Source: Ruminococcaceae bacterium UBA6353 (GTDB taxonomy: Bacteria; Bacillota; Clostridia; Oscillospirales; Acutalibacteraceae). Taken from it: a DNA stretch of 64,000 nt. A program made the translations under genes and the position numbers. Numbering within the stretch: the first letter of the stretch is position 1; every line of letters begins with the position of its first letter. The notes beneath the pieces are model-generated. The model saw only the letters and a program-made list of their open reading frames with translations, searched no databases and was not told where the DNA came from. Below, one piece after another: positions 36,347-45,597 of the stretch. Location of the stretch: positions 55,917-119,916 of the forward strand of contig DJRT01000014.1 in the NCBI GenBank assembly GCA_002437905.1. The letters run 5' to 3'.

Positions 36347-38905
36347 ATGAAAAAGAGCATGTTCCGGCTTCTCTCTCTTCTTGGCACGGTTGCCATTTTG
36401 GTTGGTTCGCTGTCCATCGGTGCACTGTTCACCGGTGTTTCTGCAGCCACAACAACTGTATGGGATGGTCAGGCGGCAGCGATCACCGAGGGTGATGGCT
36501 CTGCGGAGAATCCCTACCTGATCACAAACGGCGGTCAGCTGTATACTATGGTGACCACCGGGGCGGATACCGCCGGCCAGTATTACAAGCTGACACAGGA
36601 TATTTATCTGAATGATGTATCCAATGCAGACTGGAAAAATGGCACGGTAAATTCCTGGCCGAGCTGGAAAACCTTCTATGGCAATGTGGATGGTGACGGC
36701 CATGTGGTGTACGGCCTGTATTCTGTTGGCGATCAGCGTGTCGGTCTGATCCCGCAGATCTCCGGCACGGTGAGCATCACCAACCTCGGCCTGGAGAATT
36801 CCTATCTGGGAATCACCGGCTGGGGCTATGTCGGCGGTTTGGTGGGCCTTGCGTTTTCTGGCACAAGCTTTACCGTAAACTATTGCTATGCCGGGGCGGA
36901 TGTGGAGATCGCTAATCCCAATGGCGGCACGGGTCAAGGCGGCCTGGTAGGCTATGTGGAGAGTGGCTGCGCCGGCATCGAGATGAACCACTGCTATTCG
37001 CTGGCCTCGCTGACCGGCAAGGCCAACAACACCGGTACGCTGATCGGCTTCGTTGGTGATGCGCCGGCCGGAAAGGGCGCGTGGGATGTTTTCCACCTGC
37101 GCCGCAGCTACGGCGTGGCGCTGAATGCGCCGGAAACCTATGCCTTGGTTTCCCCGACGACCTATCCAGCCACCATGATCGATTATTGGCATGTCTATGC
37201 CCCCACCAATGGCGGCGCGGCGACCACCACCCATGCGTATACCCGCATCGCCGTGCTGACGGTTGATCAGATGCAGGGCACAGCGGCCAAGACCAACATG
37301 AGCGGCCTGGACGAATGGACGAATGTTTGGAAAGTGAACAAAAATGGCTATCCCACTCTGCGGGTGTTCATGTCCGCCGAGGAGATCGCCTATGAGAATT
37401 CCCTTTGGAACGGCCAGGCGGCAGATATCACCGAGGGTGATGGCTCTGCGGAGAATCCCTATCTGATCGAAAACGGCGGTCAGCTGTATACCATGGTGAC
37501 CACCGGGGCGGCTACCGCCGGCAAGTACTATAAGATCACCAAGGATATCTATCTGAACGATGTGCGCGACAGCGATTGGGCTACCGACACAAGTAACAAC
37601 AACTGGCCGAACAGGAAGACTTTCTATGGCAATCTGGATGGTGACGGCCATGTGGTGTATGGTCTGTATTCCGTGCGCGATGAGCAGATGGGTCTGCTTC
37701 CGCATGTGAGCGGCACCGTTTCCGTGAAAAATCTTGGCGTGGATAAGGCGTATTTGGCAAGCAATAACGCTCCCTCCTGGATCCAGACAGCTACACTGGT
37801 GGGCGTAGTTGATGCGAACACCACTTTAACCGTAGAGCAGTGCTATGCCGGCCAGGATGTTGAAATCCATTGCCTGAGCTCTGTGGTTGGTCTTGGCGGC
37901 TTGATCGGCAATGCCGGTAATAGCACTGCAGTAGTCAAACTGAACTATTGCTACTCCCTCGCCAAGATCACCGGTGAGAGTGTGACGGCAGAAACAAGCT
38001 ATGACAGCTGGGGCCTGCTGGTGGGCAGTATGGGCAGTGCAGGACAGGTGCGCTACAGCTACGCAGTGAACACCGATACCTCTGAAACGGCGCTGAAGGT
38101 TCCGGTCCTTTCGGCTACATGGGCCGCGGCAACTTCTGATGCTTACTTTATCTATGGAACCGATATAGCGGCGACTTACGCATCCGGTGGCAATTACAGC
38201 GGGACTAACGCTGCAAAGAACACCCATGTTCTGACCGCGGACAAAATGCAGGGCGCGGCGGCCAAGACCAACATGGGCGGCCTCGATTTCAACACGGTAT
38301 TCTACACCACTGATAGCTACCCGGCGCTGCGGGTGTTCCAGGTCGGCAAGCTCTCCCTGCCGGATTCCACGGCTGCGGTCTACCGCGAAAAGGCGACCGG
38401 CAAAACCTATAAGACCGATGCGGATAAGGGCAACTACGGTGTGTTCCGTCTGCTGGGCAGCTATGCCACCGCGGATGGCGATGCGGCCAAGATCATCCCG
38501 GAGGGTGCGGACGGCACGGCCTATACGGTCGTGGAGCGCGGCATCATCATGGGCAAGGGCACCCGCACCGAAATGGATCTGTCCAAGGCGGTCGGCTATG
38601 TGAACCTGAAGCAGGCCGGGAAGGATACATCCGCTGCCACCTGCTACTATATCCTCAGCAAAACGGACGGTTTCGATAACTGCTGGACGCTGGACGAGAA
38701 CGGCAAGCTGCAGTACAGCCTGCTGGTGAACCGGGTGTTCAAGACCGCTTTTGATACCGAGATCACCTTCCGTCCCTATGTGAAGGTGCGGGTCGGCGGC
38801 GCAGATTACACCCTGTATGCCGAGACGCGTACGGTCACCTACCGTCAGCTGGTCGGATTGGCACAGGAGCAGGAGCCTACGCTCGACTTTGGCTGGATGA
38901 ACTAA
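36347..38905 (+). CDS. Secreted GLUG-motif repeat protein A (two modules + C-terminal beta-rich domain)
   Basis: Signal peptide (LFTGVSAATT). Two 315-aa modules each carry ENPYLIxNGGQLYTMV, GNxDGDGHVVYGLYSV and three GGL(V/I)G..CY units, and end in YP(T/A)LRVF. No anchor is visible. Confidence 0.85.
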   Translation: MKKSMFRLLSLLGTVAILVGSLSIGALFTGVSAATTTVWDGQAAAITEGDGSAENPYLITNGGQLYTMVTTGADTAGQYYKLTQDIYLNDVSNADWKNGTVNSWPSWKTFYGNVDGDGHVVYGLYSVGDQRVGLIPQISGTVSITNLGLENSYLGITGWGYVGGLVGLAFSGTSFTVNYCYAGADVEIANPNGGTGQGGLVGYVESGCAGIEMNHCYSLASLTGKANNTGTLIGFVGDAPAGKGAWDVFHLRRSYGVALNAPETYALVSPTTYPATMIDYWHVYAPTNGGAATTTHAYTRIAVLTVDQMQGTAAKTNMSGLDEWTNVWKVNKNGYPTLRVFMSAEEIAYENSLWNGQAADITEGDGSAENPYLIENGGQLYTMVTTGAATAGKYYKITKDIYLNDVRDSDWATDTSNNNWPNRKTFYGNLDGDGHVVYGLYSVRDEQMGLLPHVSGTVSVKNLGVDKAYLASNNAPSWIQTATLVGVVDANTTLTVEQCYAGQDVEIHCLSSVVGLGGLIGNAGNSTAVVKLNYCYSLAKITGESVTAETSYDSWGLLVGSMGSAGQVRYSYAVNTDTSETALKVPVLSATWAAATSDAYFIYGTDIAATYASGGNYSGTNAAKNTHVLTADKMQGAAAKTNMGGLDFNTVFYTTDSYPALRVFQVGKLSLPDSTAAVYREKATGKTYKTDADKGNYGVFRLLGSYATADGDAAKIIPEGADGTAYTVVERGIIMGKGTRTEMDLSKAVGYVNLKQAGKDTSAATCYYILSKTDGFDNCWTLDENGKLQYSLLVNRVFKTAFDTEITFRPYVKVRVGGADYTLYAETRTVTYRQLVGLAQEQEPTLDFGWMN
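36458..38343 (+). repeat. Two tandem GLUG-type coding modules with a 945-nt period
   Basis: 36481-36580 and 37426-37525 (offset 945 nt) are identical at 93 of 100 positions by my count. Confidence 0.8.
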
Positions 38906-38923
38906 ACGGAAAGGGGTAAGGAA

Positions 38924-39046
38924 ATGATGAACACGAAAAAGCAGTACAATGACCCCTGTATGGAGCTCTATCGGCTGGAGCAGACCGAGCAGCTGGCGAA
39001 AACGACCAGCGATGATGGCTGGGTCGATATAGGCGAGGATGAATAA
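38924..39046 (+). CDS. 40-aa acidic micro-protein (hypothetical)
   Basis: Not in the ORF track because it is under 60 aa. Translates as MMNTKKQYNDPCMELYRLEQTEQLAKTTSDDGWVDIGEDE. The ATG lies 18 nt after the upstream stop and is preceded by AAGGGGTAAGGAA. The next gene starts 17 nt after its stop. Confidence 0.45.
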   Translation: MMNTKKQYNDPCMELYRLEQTEQLAKTTSDDGWVDIGEDE

Positions 39047-39063
39047 AAACGGAGGGTACGGCC

Positions 39064-39570
39064 ATGAAGCGTCCGTGTGATTTTTCTGCACAGGCACTCC
39101 GGCGGCCGGCCGCTCTGCTGGCAGCGGGGCTGCTGGCAGCACTGCTGCTGGCCGGCTGTCCGCGGCGCAAGCCCGCCGCGGACAGCAGCACCCCGCCGCC
39201 GGCGGATACGGCGGCAACCACCACCTCCCCGCTGCCGGAGGGCGGCGGGGAGGCCACCGGCACCACCACTGCCCCGGATGGGGCGGCGGCTGCGCCGGGC
39301 ACCAGACCCGGCAAACAGCCGGCAAGCCCGGCCACGCCGGGAAAGGCGGACGGACAGGTGCCGCTGGGGGAGGATGAAGCCCCCGCCACCACCACCGCCG
39401 GAACGGCGGCGCCGACCACCACGGCGGCGCAGCCGCAGGGCACCACCACGGCGCCGAGCAAGGCGCACACCACCACGACCAAAAAGCAAACCACCACCAC
39501 GGCGGACCCCAAGCAGGCGGTGGAGGACCCCAATAACTATGTAGAGGTTCCGCTGCCCAAGCGGCACTGA
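39064..39570 (+). CDS. Thr/Pro/Ala-rich lipoprotein (low complexity, stalk-like)
   Basis: Lipobox LLLAGC. The rest is almost entirely low-complexity sequence with repeated GTTTAP(D/S) units and a short C-terminal DPNNYVEVPLPKRH tail. Confidence 0.7.
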   Translation: MKRPCDFSAQALRRPAALLAAGLLAALLLAGCPRRKPAADSSTPPPADTAATTTSPLPEGGGEATGTTTAPDGAAAAPGTRPGKQPASPATPGKADGQVPLGEDEAPATTTAGTAAPTTTAAQPQGTTTAPSKAHTTTTKKQTTTTADPKQAVEDPNNYVEVPLPKRH

Positions 39571-39671
39571 GCGCGGGCAGCCCTCCGCATGGAGAAAAGA
39601 CACCCCGGCAGGAGCCGGTCAACGGCTGGCTTTCTGCCAGCGATCCACCGACACTATGGAAAGGTGAAAGC

Positions 39672-42600
39672 GTGAAAGCTATGAAAATGAGATTACCGAA
39701 AATCGTCTCCGTTCTCAGCGCGCTGGCCATACTGGTCGGTTCGCTGTCGACCGGGATGTTTTTTGCCGGCAGCGTTTCCGCCGAGGCAGCAAACATCTGG
39801 GACGGCCAGGCGGCGGCAATCACCCAGGGCAGCGGCACCAAGGAGGATCCCTACCGGATCCAGAACGGAGGCCAGCTGTACACGATGGTGACAGCCGGAG
39901 CGGAGGAAACCGCCGGCAAGTATTATAAGCTGACAAAGGACATTTATCTGAATGATGTTTCTGCCCCCGGCTGGCAGAACGGCACGGTGAACAGCTGGCC
40001 GAATCGCCAGGTGTTCGCGGGCAATCTGGATGGCGACGGCCATGTGGTATACGGCCTGTACTCCGTCAATGACGAGCGCGTTGGCCTGATCCCGCAGGTC
40101 AAGGGCACGGTCAGCTTGACCAACCTTGGCCTGGAGAGCTCTTATTTGAAGATCACCGGCTGGGGCTATATCGGCGGCCTGATCGGCTTTGTCGAGAGCA
40201 ACACCAGCTTTACCGTGAACCAGTGCTATGTGGGGGCGGGTGTGGAGATCGCCAACCCCGGCAGCAAAATGGGCCAGGGCGGCCTGGTGGGCTATGTGGA
40301 CGATGGCTGCGTCGGCATTGAGATGAACAATTGCTACTCGCTGGCCTCGCTGACCGGCCCCACCGCCGTCAGCGATACCCGCAGCACACTGATCGGCCGC
40401 GTGGGCGGTGCAGCCGCCGGGCGGTATCCGTGGGATCACTTCCATGTGCGGTACAGCTACGGCGTGGCGCCGAACGCCCCCGAGCTGTTCCCGCTGGCCT
40501 CCTACACCTGGCAGGGTGCGCGCATGGACTACTGGCAGATCTACGCCCCCACCAAGGGCGGCGCGGAGTCCGGCACCAACTCTGACCGCATCAAGGTGCT
40601 GACCCCGGAGCAGATGCAGGGCACCGAGGCAAAGAACAACATGGGCGGCCTGGATTTCGCGGTGACCTGGGCGGTCGGCGAGGCCGGCCAGTACCCCACG
40701 CTGCGCGTGTTCCAGCATGACGATACCCCGTCGGGGAACGACAAGATCTGGGACGGTGCGGCGGCGGCCATCACCGAGGGTGACGGCACCGCGGAAAACC
40801 CCTACCTGATCACAAACGGCGGTCAGCTGTATACCATGGTGACCGCCGGGCAGACGGCTACCGCCGGCAAGTACTATAAGATCACGCAGGATATTTACCT
40901 CAATGATGCCACCTTCGCCGGCTGGGAGACCGGCACGGTGAACGCCTGGCCGAACCGCCGGGTGTTTGCCGGTAATCTGGATGGCGATGGCCATGTGATC
41001 TACGGCCTGTATGCCGTCGGCGATGAGCGCGTCGGCCTGCTGCCGGAGATCGCCGGCACGGTCAGCGTGACCAACCTCGGCCTGGAGAATTCCTATCTGA
41101 AGATCACCGGCTGGGGCTATGTCGGCGGCTTGATCGGCCTGGTGAATGAGAACACCAGCTTCACCGTGAACCACTGCTATGCCGGGGCGGGCGTGGAGAT
41201 TGCCAACCCCAACGGCGGCATGGGTCAGGGCGGCCTGGTGGGCTTTGTGAGCAACAACAGCGCCGGCATCGAGATGAACTATTGCTACTCGCTGGCCTCG
41301 CTGACCGGCACGGCCAACAACACCGGTACGCTGATTGGGCGTGTGGGCTCGGCGGCGGCCGGAAAGGCCCCGTGGGACGATTTCCACCTGCGCTACAGCT
41401 ACGGCGTGGCGCTGAATGCACCGGATAGCTATGCACTGGTGCACACGACCTATGAAGGCACCATGATGGACTACTGGTGCGTCTATGCCCCCACCAAGGG
41501 CGGCGCGGAGTCCGGCACCCATGCGGATACCCGCATCACCGTGGTGACCACGGAGCAGATGCAGGGCGCGGCAGCCCGGGAGAACATGGGCGGTCTCGGC
41601 TTTGGCAATGCGTGGATCGCCGGCGGAGATGGGGTATACCCCACGCTGAAGGTTTTCCGCCGCCTGGACGGCGATGTGTGGAACGGCCGTGAGGCCGCCA
41701 GCTTTGCCGGCGGCACCGGCACCGAGGCTGACCCCTATCTGATCGAGAACGGCGGGCAGCTGTACAAGATGCTGGTCAACGGCAACACCACGACCGCAGG
41801 CAAATACTATAAGATCACGCAGAATATCTATCTGAACGATATATCGGATCCGGATTGGCAGAAAAACAGCCCGAACCAGTGGATCTCCTTCTCCTGGAGT
41901 GGCGATGGCTGGTTCGCCGGCCACCTGGATGGCGACGGCCACAAGGTTTTCGGCCTGTACTACGGGCACGATTCGGTGCGTGAACGCGCCGCGCTGATCC
42001 CCACGGTGAATACCGACCAGGATGTGGAGATCAAAAACCTGGGCATCGAAAACGCCTACCTGGCAGACCGCATTTATGCAGCCGGTCTGGTGGCGATGGT
42101 GCAGGGCAGCGGCAGCGTAACAATATCCCATTGCTATGTAGGCAGTGATGTGGAGATCAAGTCCAACGACTTCCAGGGCGGTCTGATCTGCTTCCTGCAT
42201 ATTCCCAAGCTGACGATGGAAAATTGCTATTCTCTGGCTTCTCTTACCGGCGCTGTGGCGGCGGATCACAGTGGTGCACTGATCGGATTTTCTTCCGATA
42301 ATGCTGTCGGTTCAACCATCCGGAAGTGCTACGGTGTGGTCACAAACGATACGACCCTGCCGGTGACCTCCATCACCTGGCCGGGCACCCGTCTGAACTA
42401 CAACGCCGTTTTCGGCACCAGTAAGGGCGGCGTGAACCACAACAATTTCCCGGCAGTGGTCGAGATGGAAGTGGAAAAGCTGCAGGGAGCCGCTGCCGAA
42501 AGCTTCCTGGTCGGCTTCGACTTTGAAAATGAGTGGCTGGTGAACCGGAGCACCTACCCGACGCTGCTGATCTTCGGCGGCGCTGCCGGCGGCGAGGAGG

Positions 42601-45479
42601 ACCTGGCCGACCAGATGGACGGCGGTACCGGTACCGAGGCGGATCCCTACCGCATCCGCACCCCGGAGCAGCTGCAGGCGGTGCGCACGGCCATGAGCCG
42701 GCAGACCCGCGGCAAGTACTTCAAGCTGATGAACGATATTGCCGTAAATGATGTGAGCAAGGCCAACTGGAAGGCCTCCGCCGTGAAGTGGGATACCGAT
42801 CCCTATGCGCTGTTCTGCGGCTACTTCAATGGCGACGGCCATGTGGTGCGCGGCCTGTACCTGGATGCCGGCGACGGCGTCGGTGCGGCACTGTTCAGCC
42901 GCCTGGGCAAGGGCGCTGTGGTGGAAAAGGTCGGCGTGGAAAGCTCCTATTTCAAAGCACAGCAGGCTGCGGCGATCGCCATCGGTGTTTCCGGCGAGGG
43001 CGTAACGGTGCGCCAGTGCTATGCGGACGAGACCGTGGAGATCGAGGGCAGCGTATACTGCGCCGGCCTGATCTCTGATGTGCGCGCCAACCGCTTTACC
43101 CTGAACAATTGCTTCTTTACCGGTAAGCTGACCGGCGGCACCGATGAAGTGCCGAAGTCCGGCTTTGTGGCGACCTTTACCGGCATCAGCAGCAAAATCT
43201 CCATCACCATCAGCGGCTGCTATACGGCCACAGCGGATGATGACTGGACCGTGCGGCCGGACGGCCCCGTGATGGGGAATATGCACATTATCAATGTGTA
43301 CGGCACGAAGGAACAGACCTTCCGCGATGACTGGGCGGCGGCCAGCTACACCAAGCTGGGCGATTATTACCGCGTGGATAAGGCGGATATGCTGGGTGAT
43401 AAGGCCAAAACGACCATGAAGGAGCTGGATTTCACCGCCGCCTACATCACCAAGCCCGGCAAGACCCCGCGTCTGCGGGTGTTCACCGGCGATGTGGAGG
43501 CCAACACCGGCACGGTGGGGGCGATCTGGTCCGGCGCCATTGCGGCCGCCTATGCCGGCGGTACCGGCACCGAGGCGGATCCGTACCTGATCGAAACAGC
43601 GGAGCAGCTGGCTCTGCTGGTCAATACCATGGTGGAGCAGCCCTACCTGACCACGGATAAGCACTATGCGCTGCTGCACGATATCCGTCTGAACGATACC
43701 TCCGCAGAGGAATGGTATAAGAAGGACGGTCTGAACGATTGGTTCGATGACTTCGTTTACCGCGGCCCCGGCTTCCAGGGACACTTTGACGGTCGCGGTC
43801 ATACGGTGGACGGCATCTGGTTCACGGTAGTGGACGGTGACCGCCGCCTGAAGGACGACTGGCACTCCTATGCGCTGTTCCCGACCCTCGGTTCCGGCGC
43901 ACAGATTGAAAATGTGGCAGTGGCCAACTTCTATTCTTCGCCCAGATGCACCCATGTGGGCGGTATTGCCGGCGGTATGACTCTGCTGACGCTGGAGAAG
44001 CCGGTGTCTATCCAGCGGTGCATTGCAGCCAGCACCTGCCAGCTCAACGGTTCGAACTCCGGCGGTATGATCGCCCATGTTCCTCAGGCTATCAGCATTA
44101 TCGACTGCATCACCCAGAGCCAGGGCGAGGGCATCCATTCCCGCGGTACCCTGGTGGGTATGATGGATTCGCCTGTTCCCGTGGTGGTGACCAACTGCCT
44201 GTCGGTGGATGTCGGCCGTCAGCCGATGCTGTGGTACAGCAGCGATAACGGCCGCCCGCAGCCGATCCTGACCAATGTCTATTCCACCTACGGCTCCACC
44301 GGCATCAAGACCGTCGGTCTGAGCGAGCTGATGGGGGATAAGGCGAAGGAGACCCTCAAGGGCTTCGACTTTGACCATGTGTGGCTGGCTGTGGAGGACG
44401 GTACGCCCACGCTGCGGGTGTTCGGCGGCAATGCCTATTCCCGCCCGAAGCGCAAGGTGACCATTTCCTTCTACACCTTTGGCGGTTCCTCTGTGCCGGA
44501 GGTCAGCGGCTACCCGGGTGAAAAGATCCCGTGGCCGGATACCAGCACCGTGACCCGCAATGGCGACAGCTTTGTCGGCTGGTACATGGAGGATACCTGT
44601 GTACGCCCGTACCCGGGGGATACCTTCTTGGAGTACGATATAGTGCTGTATGCCAAGTGGACGGTCAAGAGCTTTACGCAGAATTTTGAGACCTATCCCT
44701 ATGGCACCGCCGGGCTGGAAGGCCTTGGCGAGGACTACGAGCGGTATCGTCCCGGCGTGCTTGGTTATCAGATGGGACACACCCACGACGGCCTGGCCTC
44801 CCTGCACCGCCTTGGTCGGGATGCCGATGCCGGCGAGCAGGACTTCCAGCTGTTCGAATATGGCTGGGGCACCCTGGAGAACGGCCGCGAGTACACCATG
44901 ACCTTCTGGATCTATCCGGAGACGGTCAATGATGCCAAGGACTTCATCAAGCTGGTCCATACCGACTATCTGGATGTAAGCCAGCCGTCCTACTATGTGG
45001 AGAACATCTGCAGCCTTGGCGGGCTGAAGGTGGGCGAATGGCAGCAGGTCAAGTTTACCTTTAGGGCCTACACAGACTTCTTGGCCATTCGCACCCCGGC
45101 ACTGTCCAGCCTGTATTTCGACTCCTTTGTGATCGCCCCCAGCGGCACGATCCAGAAGGATCTGCCGGTGCCGAGCGGCGGCAGCAAGACCACCGTGACG
45201 GAGGAGTGGCGGTACGAGACGGTGTACGAGGATGATGTACAGCCCGGCGGCACGCAGACGGATATACAGCCGGGTGCGGACGATGGCGATGACAACAGCC
45301 AGTCGACGGTGAAAAAGTATCAGAAAAAGTATGTCAAGAAGAAAAACAGCGCCAATGGCGAGGCTACCGTGATGTGGATCTGGATTCTGGTAGCGGCCGG
45401 TGTGGTGGTTGTCGGCGGCGGTGTGTGCATCTTCCTGCTGCTGCGCCGCAAGAAGAACAAGCAGAAACAGCCGGAGTAA
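39672..45479 (+). CDS. Giant membrane-anchored GLUG-motif repeat protein B (five modules + Listeria-Bacteroides repeat + CBM-like domain + C-terminal TM anchor)
   Basis: GTG at 39672 lies 5 nt after GGAAAGGTG, with alternative ATGs at 39681 and 39687. Signal peptide (FFAGSVSAEAA). Five modules are followed by VTISFYTFGGSSVPEVSGYPGEKIPWP..FVGWY (Flg_new-type repeat), a beta-sandwich domain, and the TM helix VMWIWILVAAGVVVVGGGVCIFLLL + RRKKNKQKQPE. Confidence 0.85.
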   Translation: MKAMKMRLPKIVSVLSALAILVGSLSTGMFFAGSVSAEAANIWDGQAAAITQGSGTKEDPYRIQNGGQLYTMVTAGAEETAGKYYKLTKDIYLNDVSAPGWQNGTVNSWPNRQVFAGNLDGDGHVVYGLYSVNDERVGLIPQVKGTVSLTNLGLESSYLKITGWGYIGGLIGFVESNTSFTVNQCYVGAGVEIANPGSKMGQGGLVGYVDDGCVGIEMNNCYSLASLTGPTAVSDTRSTLIGRVGGAAAGRYPWDHFHVRYSYGVAPNAPELFPLASYTWQGARMDYWQIYAPTKGGAESGTNSDRIKVLTPEQMQGTEAKNNMGGLDFAVTWAVGEAGQYPTLRVFQHDDTPSGNDKIWDGAAAAITEGDGTAENPYLITNGGQLYTMVTAGQTATAGKYYKITQDIYLNDATFAGWETGTVNAWPNRRVFAGNLDGDGHVIYGLYAVGDERVGLLPEIAGTVSVTNLGLENSYLKITGWGYVGGLIGLVNENTSFTVNHCYAGAGVEIANPNGGMGQGGLVGFVSNNSAGIEMNYCYSLASLTGTANNTGTLIGRVGSAAAGKAPWDDFHLRYSYGVALNAPDSYALVHTTYEGTMMDYWCVYAPTKGGAESGTHADTRITVVTTEQMQGAAARENMGGLGFGNAWIAGGDGVYPTLKVFRRLDGDVWNGREAASFAGGTGTEADPYLIENGGQLYKMLVNGNTTTAGKYYKITQNIYLNDISDPDWQKNSPNQWISFSWSGDGWFAGHLDGDGHKVFGLYYGHDSVRERAALIPTVNTDQDVEIKNLGIENAYLADRIYAAGLVAMVQGSGSVTISHCYVGSDVEIKSNDFQGGLICFLHIPKLTMENCYSLASLTGAVAADHSGALIGFSSDNAVGSTIRKCYGVVTNDTTLPVTSITWPGTRLNYNAVFGTSKGGVNHNNFPAVVEMEVEKLQGAAAESFLVGFDFENEWLVNRSTYPTLLIFGGAAGGEEDLADQMDGGTGTEADPYRIRTPEQLQAVRTAMSRQTRGKYFKLMNDIAVNDVSKANWKASAVKWDTDPYALFCGYFNGDGHVVRGLYLDAGDGVGAALFSRLGKGAVVEKVGVESSYFKAQQAAAIAIGVSGEGVTVRQCYADETVEIEGSVYCAGLISDVRANRFTLNNCFFTGKLTGGTDEVPKSGFVATFTGISSKISITISGCYTATADDDWTVRPDGPVMGNMHIINVYGTKEQTFRDDWAAASYTKLGDYYRVDKADMLGDKAKTTMKELDFTAAYITKPGKTPRLRVFTGDVEANTGTVGAIWSGAIAAAYAGGTGTEADPYLIETAEQLALLVNTMVEQPYLTTDKHYALLHDIRLNDTSAEEWYKKDGLNDWFDDFVYRGPGFQGHFDGRGHTVDGIWFTVVDGDRRLKDDWHSYALFPTLGSGAQIENVAVANFYSSPRCTHVGGIAGGMTLLTLEKPVSIQRCIAASTCQLNGSNSGGMIAHVPQAISIIDCITQSQGEGIHSRGTLVGMMDSPVPVVVTNCLSVDVGRQPMLWYSSDNGRPQPILTNVYSTYGSTGIKTVGLSELMGDKAKETLKGFDFDHVWLAVEDGTPTLRVFGGNAYSRPKRKVTISFYTFGGSSVPEVSGYPGEKIPWPDTSTVTRNGDSFVGWYMEDTCVRPYPGDTFLEYDIVLYAKWTVKSFTQNFETYPYGTAGLEGLGEDYERYRPGVLGYQMGHTHDGLASLHRLGRDADAGEQDFQLFEYGWGTLENGREYTMTFWIYPETVNDAKDFIKLVHTDYLDVSQPSYYVENICSLGGLKVGEWQQVKFTFRAYTDFLAIRTPALSSLYFDSFVIAPSGTIQKDLPVPSGGSKTTVTEEWRYETVYEDDVQPGGTQTDIQPGADDGDDNSQSTVKKYQKKYVKKKNSANGEATVMWIWILVAAGVVVVGGGVCIFLLLRRKKNKQKQPE
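39790..44430 (+). repeat. Five tandem GLUG-type coding modules (about 0.9-1.0 kb each)
   Basis: Module boundaries are marked by YPTL(R/K/L)(V/I)F endings near 40716, 41660, 42580, 43490 and 44430. Modules 1-2 are close to the modules of protein A at the DNA level, and modules 3-5 are progressively more diverged. Confidence 0.75.
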
Positions 45480-45510
45480 ACTGACCGGCACCGGATCGGA
45501 GAATTTTTGC

Positions 45511-45545
45511 GGGGGCATCCGCACAGCGATGCTGCGGATGCCCCC
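45511..45545 (+). terminator. Hairpin after GLUG-B (weak terminator or processing site)
   Basis: 13-bp stem GGGGGCATCCGCA / TGCGGATGCCCCC with a 9-nt loop. There is no T-run, so read-through into the GH36 gene is likely. Confidence 0.4.
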
Positions 45546-45597
45546 GACCGGTCTGCCTATATCATATGTTTTATTGTCATGTGGAGGATATGGAACG

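Noticed and set aside
36458-44430. Periodic repeats considered as a possible CRISPR array or satellite
   Set aside because: The period is about 0.95 kb and lies entirely within long open reading frames encoding conserved protein modules. There are no short direct repeats with unique spacers and no cas genes.
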